A stretch of 53,600 nucleotides of DNA from a virus. Its lineage: Duplodnaviria; Caudoviricetes. Position 1 is the stretch's first letter. Every line of letters begins with the position of its first letter. The stretch lies in the IMG/VR virus record IMGVR_UViG_3300014060_000001, positions 1 to 53,600 of that record. One strand, given 5' to 3'. Below are positions 39,001 to 45,034 of this stretch, piece after piece. The translations under genes and the position numbers were made by a program. Under the pieces are notes generated by a model that made no database searches, was not told the origin of the DNA, and saw only the letters and a program-made list of their open reading frames with translations.

Positions 39001-40638
39001 ATTGAATACTTTAAATGCGTAGTCTGAGAACGTATCATGCTTAATAAAATCATGTGCCCCTTTATTACCACCAGCTAATGCCTTTAAACTTTCTAAGTAC
39101 CTAACATATTGTATTTGAGAATTACCATACTTAGCTTTAACCTTTTCAGGATCTAATTGTGGATACCCTTGCTCGTCAATTTCATACTGCCCAGCTTTCT
39201 CTACTACATTACCGTCTGCATCCCTCTCTGTTCTAAGCTTAAGCAAATCATTAATACCAGTAGAAGCCATGTCCATATACTGGGCCTTAGCGTTAGCTAA
39301 TCTAATAGTAGCAGCATTCTTACTTTTAGCTTCTTGTATGCCACCATAACCTCCTGGACCTATACCTATAATAGACCCTAATACTATTGCCTTTTGTCCT
39401 TCATCAGTGCCAAAATTCTCGAACCAATTCCTCATCAAGCCTTGAACTAGTCCTGTATTCTCTTCTTTACCTTCGGCTTTAGCTTGCGTATAACTTTGTA
39501 AAGCAGACTGCATATTCTCTTCATACGCACCTTCAGTAACAGAAGAAAGCAAAGCATCTTTAGCAAATGTACCAGCCATCTGCTTTTTAGTTAGAGCTGC
39601 AGGAATATCTTTTATAATCTCCTTACCAGTCTTACCAGCTGTTGCACCTTCTTTAAATACTCTATCTAAACCTACATTTTCTGTACCTTTAAAGAACATA
39701 CTAGTCTCTAATAGATTAGATGGAGCTAATAGTGCCATGTTAGTCCAGAACGTAGTCTTAGCTGCCTCAGATGCTCTTATATTAGCTTCCTCTGCAGATA
39801 ACTCTCCTAGTTCTACTTTCTTTTGCAATGATGCAAGCACACTGTCCTTAGTATCCTTAGCTTCAAATGCAGCCTCACTAACACTGTTAAAAGTAGAGAT
39901 AGTAGCTAAAGTAGATGCGTCAACAAATTTCTGCATAGGTACAGTAAGCAATTCAGCGGCTTGACCTGTCTTAGCAGCAGTAGTAGCTTTTGAAAAGGCC
40001 TTTGCAATTTTACTATAAGTACCTGCCCCTTTAGCAATTGCACTCATGCCTTTAGCACCTATCATAGAAGAAATCATAAAAGCAGTACCGTCCACAATAT
40101 CATCAAACCAGAATCCAGGAGTGGCCATCTGTTCTAAGATATTACCGTCTAGGTATTTCTTAGTTTTATATATAGGCATTGCTTCTTTAGCAGTCTCTTC
40201 TAAGCTATTGAAAGCTGCAGAAAAGCCGTTATCAAGCATGGTACTCATATCACCAGTCATGATAGCTGGTACAGCTGACCCTAAATAACCAAGTCCTGCT
40301 AAGAATTTAGTTGCAGTAGAGGTAACAAGCCTCCCTGTACCTTTAGCAAGCATGCCAATAACAGATTGGTCTTGTGCCCTTAATTCCTCGTTATCCTGAT
40401 TGGGCTTTAATTGAAAGTCAAATTCGTCAGGATCCAGGCCAAGGTCCCCCTTGCCTAAAACTGCGTTACTTTGGGAATCTGTAATCTTGTTAATTAACCC
40501 AAACTCCTCTAAAGACAAAGAGCCAGACTTTTTAGATCCGGCTCCTGTGTTTTCGGGAAGGTTAGTAACAGGATTAATTTCAGCAGAAGACATTTCTCCA
40601 GCTAAATCAAATTCCTCTTTAGTTAAACCTTTCGACAT
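27100..40638 (-). CDS. giant virion protein containing crAss-type virion RNA polymerase and zincin-like domain
   Basis: 4512 aa; GYRVPTQ and GSDYDVDK (DxDxD at 30322-30336); EYHEAFH (34564-34578); N-terminal hydrophobic segments. Confidence 0.88.
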   Translation of the reverse strand: MSKGLTKEEFDLAGEMSSAEINPVTNLPENTGAGSKKSGSLSLEEFGLINKITDSQSNAVLGKGDLGLDPDEFDFQLKPNQDNEELRAQDQSVIGMLAKGTGRLVTSTATKFLAGLGYLGSAVPAIMTGDMSTMLDNGFSAAFNSLEETAKEAMPIYKTKKYLDGNILEQMATPGFWFDDIVDGTAFMISSMIGAKGMSAIAKGAGTYSKIAKAFSKATTAAKTGQAAELLTVPMQKFVDASTLATISTFNSVSEAAFEAKDTKDSVLASLQKKVELGELSAEEANIRASEAAKTTFWTNMALLAPSNLLETSMFFKGTENVGLDRVFKEGATAGKTGKEIIKDIPAALTKKQMAGTFAKDALLSSVTEGAYEENMQSALQSYTQAKAEGKEENTGLVQGLMRNWFENFGTDEGQKAIVLGSIIGIGPGGYGGIQEAKSKNAATIRLANAKAQYMDMASTGINDLLKLRTERDADGNVVEKAGQYEIDEQGYPQLDPEKVKAKYGNSQIQYVRYLESLKALAGGNKGAHDFIKHDTFSDYAFKVFNEGGDTDAVQGLIDKFAAREVEDLTEAGFITEDNKEQEDYINGLKDKYSKTAKSLDEIYRSIKNNYGGLNNFGKSNGDRIRKELVTIEQYQEASKQLFLSEKIKELEDTVRKGEAAGNGRIAGVEALKNLNSEQEIKEGKKAAKLLEQAKSELTNSELKLKDLLSFKKQKDRYIEEQRILKEESEGRNIAEDNDSVATKAATTKSDTPVKTNLSPTLSTTTLTPAQAQDNGYVADLEKSKVVNGDMDSTNPSYFYKKNEKDGSVHIIYTDGTEEGNIVNERTLIAKEVQSNGTGNRGRLTLNFMQDKLERAYTTDFETGEVEYHDLNRIERTLGRPAKVSDSAMVFYNIMPQLGGKEYTKDKVSTISNESINALGDFEIQQKSLEQHRNDAKAAITSLAQEVTTRSKEDAKVASKDVKNTNAVYGVVKMTPKELFEVSRDTYVPAEYNDKLGYIKQSEGSTVFVSTEEGNKEYIIGGTESSLSFQELGVSPLSHTSIGVEYETDRRAYPILINGRYYKNPFYGNPSDSIKVRNGVPVSVTLVDVNGVKHVFTEDIVVQPVAYFIEVNEAVEERIFDYLVFGTESDALIVRDPKTGVDYAVYKSNGQYEVYYLREGEATKGYKKVKPQGLIYNRITKETRSLINQAIDATSKSKAITLKEIQNEVRSNVKDVRPATAGEALTIPSQSEVSSSPRVAPEAAEKQTTEVEQKTTKQLEEEARQAVEEKAAIEAEAQRRLTEQETATEEATEFDNTVKSGDTVESMNESESKDQSKDDEFFSGVINSNDALAYIHFDRDSKQFKVNNVEFLTHAINNAVGNATVTAEIDYDYREFWNAYPRLEASIKAGSVPIDKIEETLDKDITDSKVLEALSNEYKEFNKLVDMIPIKYTYQDGTVVFENGIYTHQSNYKHLTVEAGELIGLSEKEAMDARLSSKKDKMMAMRNTRRQILTEKLKGNSITFPVERKTVGHYNTDPNTNISLSQLLEQLGDAATSQEIGLGLTDGNIYIAGDERRAGKGSKGNIYWRTNRTANGESVIVKLNPSKISKEHAKIVLEALKQQVKGKGNDKFVGVGVTGGLRVKDVLKHLITHGKDVTEVPANNKSKSRYIQKQLWTTPEGGLKFGETLIDLNKITAEQEKAFIEWASINKNYPVSKPFLGKKLAAREDFTIGSTMSYNVETDNYASFLINSDTLMTRLRVVPGTKSITNNPTIILNETAPSITEKKVVKKQVAPITKPEIVETAKESNQQATKKTTELRVAKVSNIAKIQRSGTTVYFYNPQVSNTKYYLGTVEDGKFILETQFEGVLENLNDRVAKLGAIDLTDAASFKIIEEDASAFQHLLHADLPATTVEVVEKENEAAKVVTAESVIDEANPVIEVKGDELQDQSVNTSNEIDPNGPTSLEDIDTYFRTVPDSPIDQRPYNPTKATKWLRSKLGKDFDIEIVDGLIELAQDKHAFGQARVDSILLSNAAEIGTEYHEAFHRVSLFLMNEVDRQAIYKKARIQYKLKDATDKIVEEHLAEEYRNFMLLKEEGFEKKGIIPTIKRFFNNIFNYIKTIFVGANKLSEVDIQQLFRYIDEGRFRYKKVDKTKLESLKGKYANYEIRGKAFSNIQSGEEYREVINFLFRNLMQASGLVTAASDIQTRKGVISINLKEGTQDISKLSYSLLKERLINLKGQYNNVAALSTNTAEQIKASKFRDLISEIIVDENFDIIKQDLENYLNNLNIRRRADSQEIDEESGEVVAKAEIFGIPSFESSAKDNVAANIKLLLSILPDHQSNNTKTGLPAFAEFSPVWAELLRSSTNVVTTQDLMDILEEKAKGSFTFETLLKYIKQDYSLRIQLWNTVSQARLDFINSYITEENFEINIHFGDAMVKTAASEEVKSWNQNFARNSKLFSFNQGKDPIPNPDYFNTLRKKYNIIKDKVDFQMKKYNKISNYAVLLGDLKALLNEVGITISEENLGAIMSSKGQNQDTAFDDFISNKIQHIFSDSGSVYKLMNDLPVNKGVTFNNVLRDEKGVAYIANQISALDPMSLGESLLAHQGKMFYLVTQHTNLTNQINDFKKNPEETFAQKQKAVYNTNSTWINYFRENPSKISELQLKTVASIYKENEQDEGRGYQDVTNIEEYLIRLSANFNGYTTLPTPADRSSYQYLKGVPKVEVQLDSQGNVSDNVIEQFVNYFKDERERIILTKSQVENVLNAIDGADGSEAFDATDLVENLHFTMKDPYKGRDVVKEGEVVIATNEVGEWVRVPVGSKAIHGNGKLLKTEKVNDKGEATWEYAGRGAKFITFTNRSGYKSVPAYMQGILKERIQKSLDYAVENGIITESNGVYYNNLIPSTIIESKLREEGATVDSAIRNIIADNTVNTVVAGLEMSKMLTSDIASFKSFDDYIKRITGYTSTGSNLATEIPANTYQNDELIIADQYNVTTFNSHVVSSSLYDELVERHAKYYVEKDGISKEDAIERAEEKLSSYKATDQTDAQTYITNEMYRALAVKLGEWNDLKEQAYQLLTSGKELKHAQMISLYNLVSEPLKLTYMKTYQNGKQSYSVFDKMSLATLYRPFVEGTQLEELVDRMELKGKYEGKGLDPIHQVKFHTAEKSGNKDRRNIFKDGTEKEFTDLGLVTVYKQDFKNLRKQLNTAPHETSHIALGSQMRKIGISNVDFEADYVNKFDDKESMNGRQVVEEVHSVISELSDRGVEDFKKDMYLDDNFQISDKAGFINKLKVEARKANMPQHIVDSLKLNSDGNNFYLDLDSMPDARKWIQSRIISLIKKATIDTELPGGSFIQMSDLGLRSIDKSDELKWGDKDGFIETFVSVNLFKHIIPGFATKTHEQRVEWLDSNPNSVAMGYRVPTQAQNSTMTFKVKKWLPENMGDIIVLPKENPVVTGSDYDVDKVFVVRHNYKDGKRIKYLTLDNSSSIERANAYTDLALKSELKEINKKYREKAGIAVEGIDTEDYKETLKIIRKSHKDSMNLEIQGIKDQWVKDNLAEFEKGPIIKQNTTEAVQNRLLDMYFTVWHSDSHLIHRTQPLGYGTEILKDLAYEVRNTWEQQEDISGSPLAYLSPEEQVDVKSRFKFGARGIGPNALAGAHHILSQSVDLGLFEDIGAGNTTKENIVETSFPVFEGDLNIKNIFSVNPIKKVDVKAKSKAKISTKYAGFGPSEVLSSTATYAEQAKELANTGNYTSKDVVFVSVPGKRGGEDVYMPAIDKTIAEVRKALKGGAALITDNIQYTDSNSYNIGEKKLKMFLENLGVSYTEIEVDENLLGVWNTTPPSSVKKLTSLSGLKGKDNEYITEWFSALLDAHMDIGADPWIAYLNANAYTNPVITLLIRAGVGGRETFRFIAQPILKDVSETQSNKDNKLGIDAKKAKVEVLKKYKQEFIRLGGNIDSIPSGKLAFESMIHNQEGLVKQAKKAGENRKNGIPLDIDYYRTQLTIYNGFEYLLTFSDSLKQAILASRVDTKRFGSQLSAVNLFRNKIEKLSIESNSGSGIRNFDRLFSDTFLGTMTDNSVGMVQDSVGATLLEGSPAFVELHRKILDITGMTYVADEKLVNKISSAIYTQVASEFFVFDANTNPTGMKREEVDKLFKGNTSIPKIIEEIQMGTKWPQAKGNAIFSIFTPVYRQDGPSFLSVRKPEDPFHINSIVSGWRELYVNEDTRQFALDLFKYSYFTSGFKSGANSFHNLVPAEILIDTGYNDFIKRKKVASRQSSAFAYMMDEIMVNSWSEKEIVSNFKSSDIQEGIGQNSMITLPYAKFGIGTGDGTVFGKPYLKNMVEGDIQLYKFGGYTVTGDETKLIYYRIPKKSIKYDRVFNIVENGLSRSTEKRNYDIPYNINESTFLQMATQTSKSTGRFLNEVIAGAIQVDSKNDRIVNTKEEENNKSSDQLYTARATNPIQAVPGITEGIIQMLTELDGEVGMSMEIRTGVYSLPNKQMIHLENQGNGQYTVSSRTTISPTLEEVNKRIEEC

Positions 40639-40669
40639 ATTTATTATTATAAATTATTATTTATTAAGA

Positions 40670-42781
40670 TTACTCTTTGGGATTTCTTGTTGCTTTTACT
40701 TTTCTGAAATTAGCTATCCATGTATCTAATTCTGCTTTACTATTAAACGTTACTTCAGTAGGCTGTCCTTCTACTGTAACTGTACCCGTAATCCTTTCAT
40801 CACCCATAGATGTATCTCTACGTATTTCTATTGTAGGTACTGGATTATCATTAGAGTATTTGCCCTCATAAGAATAAGGATCTAAACTTAAAGTTTGATT
40901 GGTAATAAGATTACCAAATGCTTTAGTCTCCCCAGATACTTCTGCATTAACCATATAAGCAAATTCATCCATTAATCCTTTTTTAAATAAATCTTGAGTA
41001 AAGGATTGAGGAGCATCTATAGCTACTTTATCAACAGGTTTATTATCCGCATCTTTTACAGTATAAACTAGTTTACCTTGCCCTTCAGAATTAACCGTAT
41101 ACCCTTCAAATACAGGGGGTGTATCTTTGCTAATTGAGATCTTTTTAAAATCTTCTTTACCATATACTTTACCCTTATTCTGGGAAAGAATACTTTCTAT
41201 TTTACCTATACTAGTCTCTTTGTTAGCATAGTTAGAAAGGAGATGATTTTCAAGATTAGAACTTAAAGTTTTAGTTAATGGTTTAACACCTACTATAAAT
41301 GAGCCAGATTTGTTTTCTTTTTCTAACCAGTCTTTCCATTCTGAATACCCTTTAACTCCTGTTCTTTTTACTCCTTTTAATCTTTCTACAGCAGTGTCTT
41401 CAATCTCCTCACTTGTCATAGTAAGATCTACCTTTTGGCCTTGGGTAATTCTAGGGTCAAATAACATTGCATTTCTATCAGAAATAACTTCCTCTTTAAT
41501 ACGTTCAAATTCTGGTAATTGTTTTATTTCAGAATCTGATATATTTATAGGATCTATAAACCCAACTTCTTTTTTACCCCTTTCTTCAAACTCTTTTAAA
41601 CTACCTAATTTCACATTTGCAAGTCTAATTGGTTCTAGGTAGTATTTCCTAATATAATCTGTCTTATCTACTCCATTAACCTTATAGTCAGCAGGCATCC
41701 CATTCTCAGTTACTTGTAAACCTTTTAAGTTCTCATCTGTTAGCATCTGTTCCTTATAGGATTGAATCTGAGTAGTAACTGCTTCTTTACCTTCTGCTAA
41801 CTTAGCTGGACTAGCTATACCGCTGCCAGGTTTAAAAGTAGCTACATCAAAGCTTAGTAAATTATCTATTTCCTCTTGCTTGTCCATTCTCCTACTATAA
41901 GAAGGATCAGTAGTTAAACTAGATTTTATATCGGATTTACTAAATACCTGCCCCATTATATCAGCATAAGATTTAATTAAATCCCCAGGTGTAGTATTAA
42001 TTCCCTTCATCTGATCAAATTGTGATTGTAAACCTATTTGAGTCTTAATCATGGGATCAGTAGTCATATATTCTAAAACTGTATTTGCTATTTCTTTAGG
42101 GTCTATTTTACTTCCCTGCAGTTGTTGAATTACCCCATCAAATCCTTGTACACTTCTTATACCAGGAACTCCTGCTTTCTCCCCATAGTTTTTAAGTAGG
42201 TCAGTAAGTCTTTCTGAAATATCAATATCTTCACCGGGAGCACCTGATAAATCTAGTTTCTTTATATTACCATCCCTAGTGTCTAGTTCGTGCTGCTTAA
42301 GTGCATTAATAAAGGGTACCATCTGTGGCGAATTGGCCAACTTAGGGTTATCCCTTAACATCTTGTTAAAATTATTAACTACATTTAAATTATGAGCTGC
42401 TATACCTGCTGTACCATTGGGTCCTAATTGCCTCTTCATATCCATTGCTATAGCTCTAAGTTTAGCTGTACGTTCTGGTGAGGAAGCATCTGGAATGCTG
42501 CTGGTTACCTCTTGTAATTGCTGGTCCCATTTATCTTGTAAAGATTTAACTGCATTAAGGTCCCCCATCTTAATACTTTGTCCTGATAGTCCAGGGAGAT
42601 TTACTTTATCAATTGCATCTAATTGCATCACTTGATTAGATAAATCTGATTCTAAAGTTTGATTTTCTACCTGCCTAGCTTGCGTCATTGCACCTGCTTG
42701 CACCATCTCCTGAAATGGGATTGGGGTAAATGTATCCATTATAGGCTGTTGCGCAGGTCTGTCGTATGGTGTTATTGCCAT
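40670..42781 (-). CDS. putative virion cargo protein
   Basis: 703 aa; N-terminal PYDRP..DTFTPIPFQE; position between cargo and vRNAP genes. Confidence 0.65.
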   Translation of the reverse strand: MAITPYDRPAQQPIMDTFTPIPFQEMVQAGAMTQARQVENQTLESDLSNQVMQLDAIDKVNLPGLSGQSIKMGDLNAVKSLQDKWDQQLQEVTSSIPDASSPERTAKLRAIAMDMKRQLGPNGTAGIAAHNLNVVNNFNKMLRDNPKLANSPQMVPFINALKQHELDTRDGNIKKLDLSGAPGEDIDISERLTDLLKNYGEKAGVPGIRSVQGFDGVIQQLQGSKIDPKEIANTVLEYMTTDPMIKTQIGLQSQFDQMKGINTTPGDLIKSYADIMGQVFSKSDIKSSLTTDPSYSRRMDKQEEIDNLLSFDVATFKPGSGIASPAKLAEGKEAVTTQIQSYKEQMLTDENLKGLQVTENGMPADYKVNGVDKTDYIRKYYLEPIRLANVKLGSLKEFEERGKKEVGFIDPINISDSEIKQLPEFERIKEEVISDRNAMLFDPRITQGQKVDLTMTSEEIEDTAVERLKGVKRTGVKGYSEWKDWLEKENKSGSFIVGVKPLTKTLSSNLENHLLSNYANKETSIGKIESILSQNKGKVYGKEDFKKISISKDTPPVFEGYTVNSEGQGKLVYTVKDADNKPVDKVAIDAPQSFTQDLFKKGLMDEFAYMVNAEVSGETKAFGNLITNQTLSLDPYSYEGKYSNDNPVPTIEIRRDTSMGDERITGTVTVEGQPTEVTFNSKAELDTWIANFRKVKATRNPKE

Positions 42782-42790
42782 TTTATATAA

Positions 42791-45031
42791 TTAAAAAGTT
42801 TGGTTTGGAAACCATTTCCTAAGCATGTCTATACGTATTCTATCCGCATCTTGCATTCCTGCATTCTTCTGTCCTTGTTGGACAAGCCCACTAACTTGAG
42901 ACAGACCTTCTTGTAAATAGCCAGTCTGTGCAGAACGTGCCCTAGTATTGTAGTCTTGAACTCTTCCCATGTTAGCTGCTTCCCCCGCCCCTACTTGCAT
43001 AGCTGCACTGGCTGCTTCACCTTGGTATTGATTGTTCATATTCTGCTGTTGTGCATACGCTTGAGAGTCTGCTATTCCCTGCTGAGCTGAAGTAGCTGCA
43101 TATCCTGATAATAACTCCCCTCTAGTCCTTGCTCCTCCTGCTATATTTCTTCTACCTATAGCAGCTGAACGCCTGTTAGCATCTAGCATAGGGTCTACAT
43201 TAAATCTTCTATTTTGTAACTTATTAACTGCTGCTAATCCTGCTACATTTGAAGTGGTCTGCGGATCTTGTACATCAGGCTTACCAAATAGGCCTTGTGC
43301 TATATTAAATATCGCTGGAGCTGCAGTGGCTAATCCACCAGCTACCCCACCAACTTTACCTAATGCGCCACCAATACCCCTTAAAGCATCTCCTGCAAAA
43401 GAACTACTGTCTGCGAATTGTGGACTAGTAGAAGCCATTCCTACCTTCTTGGGATTAAACGCTGCTAAATCTCTTTGGCCACTAGTTTGCATTAAACCTG
43501 GAACAGGTCCACCAAAAGGCATTTTAAATTTAGACGGGAGCGTTCCTTTATTAAACTTTAACCTTTCCTGGTCAATAAATAAATCTTTCTGCTGCCCTTC
43601 ATATCTTTTAAGCATTCTTTCTGCAGTACGTTTAGATATACCAGTTGATTCAGGATCTTCCATTGTCTTTTTAAACTTAGACATTTTATTAGAGATCTGC
43701 TTATTTAAATCTGAGTAAGTCTTGTTAGTTCCTTTCTGCTTAAGTCTATCACTAAACACATCTGTACCCTCAGGTAATTCCATTGGTACGCCACCTTGAG
43801 CATGGCTGGGGCCCTCAACGTTGAAGTCTTGACCATTAGGCATTATACCTGATTCACCACCTTCTAACTCTACTGGTACCTCATTACCTGGAATATCTCC
43901 TCCCATAGCATATTTTATCATTTCATCTTTTAAGAATGGCTTAATCATGTCTACATTGTATTTATCTACAAACTCTGGATTATATTTTTCTAAGCTGTCT
44001 ACGTCATTTTTATAAAATGGTATATTCTTAGCTGCTTTTGTTTTATTGTATATGCCCTTTAAAGAATTGTTACCATCTAATAATGTAGTTATTTCTTCTG
44101 GAGACATCTCTTCACTAGCCATCCTTTTAGAAAGATTGCCAAAGTAATTTAACTCGTTCTGGTCTCCTTGATTTAAGTATCTAGAATTTGTCAATAGCCC
44201 ATTTAAAGCCTCATTACCATACTTAACAGCAGTTTGAGTACCTTTCTTACTATTAGAAAGTAGTTTACCTGTAGCAGCATTAAAATTGGAGGTAAGGTCA
44301 TTCTTTTTCCTAACCATTGAACCGTAGCTTACAGGGCCACCATCTGCAAATTTATTCTTAGTATAATCAATAGCTGGACCATACTTCTTTAATTTCTTAA
44401 TGCTAGCTGGATCAGGAGGAGTCCCATAACCATGGGTTTCCCCTCGTAATATACTTTCAGACATCTTCTTCCATATTTCAGGTGAAGATTGTACAGTCCT
44501 TAATTCTCCAGTGTCATTAATAACAGCAGATACTGTACTATCGTTTGGATTATACGTGACTGCATCTAATCCGTGTCTTTTTTTATATTCAGCTAACGCC
44601 CCTTTAAGAGTATATCCTTGAATACCTAACTCGTCTATTTCTTTTTTAGTATACTTTTTCTTTCCAGTAGTACCCCCATTTTTAAACAAGGAGTTGTATA
44701 CCTGTCCTTCAGGTTCGTATGCAGCAAAAGCAGCCTGTTTATCTAAAGCTGCCTCTTGAGCTTTTTTAGCTGCAGCTTCTGCTTCTTGCTTTTTCTTACT
44801 ACCAATAAAACTAGCAACCCCCCCAACTAAAGCTCCTATTCCTGCCCCTACAGGGCTAAATGCCATACCAGCTGCAGCTCCACTAGCTACCCCACCTAAC
44901 GTATCCCCTCCTAAACTATATTCGGGAAGTCCGCCATTTTTCATATTAAATGTCTTAGGCGTAATCTTCAAAGGGGAAGCACTGCCTCCCCTATGTTTAT
45001 AAGATTTTTGTACCCATTTCTTTTTAGCCAT
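42791..45031 (-). CDS. putative virion cargo protein with glycine-zipper segments and repeated xxGG motifs
   Basis: 746 aa; GGVASGAAAG..GAGIGALVGG, VELEGGE..GPSHAQGG; directly follows muzzle gene. Confidence 0.7.
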   Translation of the reverse strand: MAKKKWVQKSYKHRGGSASPLKITPKTFNMKNGGLPEYSLGGDTLGGVASGAAAGMAFSPVGAGIGALVGGVASFIGSKKKQEAEAAAKKAQEAALDKQAAFAAYEPEGQVYNSLFKNGGTTGKKKYTKKEIDELGIQGYTLKGALAEYKKRHGLDAVTYNPNDSTVSAVINDTGELRTVQSSPEIWKKMSESILRGETHGYGTPPDPASIKKLKKYGPAIDYTKNKFADGGPVSYGSMVRKKNDLTSNFNAATGKLLSNSKKGTQTAVKYGNEALNGLLTNSRYLNQGDQNELNYFGNLSKRMASEEMSPEEITTLLDGNNSLKGIYNKTKAAKNIPFYKNDVDSLEKYNPEFVDKYNVDMIKPFLKDEMIKYAMGGDIPGNEVPVELEGGESGIMPNGQDFNVEGPSHAQGGVPMELPEGTDVFSDRLKQKGTNKTYSDLNKQISNKMSKFKKTMEDPESTGISKRTAERMLKRYEGQQKDLFIDQERLKFNKGTLPSKFKMPFGGPVPGLMQTSGQRDLAAFNPKKVGMASTSPQFADSSSFAGDALRGIGGALGKVGGVAGGLATAAPAIFNIAQGLFGKPDVQDPQTTSNVAGLAAVNKLQNRRFNVDPMLDANRRSAAIGRRNIAGGARTRGELLSGYAATSAQQGIADSQAYAQQQNMNNQYQGEAASAAMQVGAGEAANMGRVQDYNTRARSAQTGYLQEGLSQVSGLVQQGQKNAGMQDADRIRIDMLRKWFPNQTF

Positions 45032-45034
45032 ATC

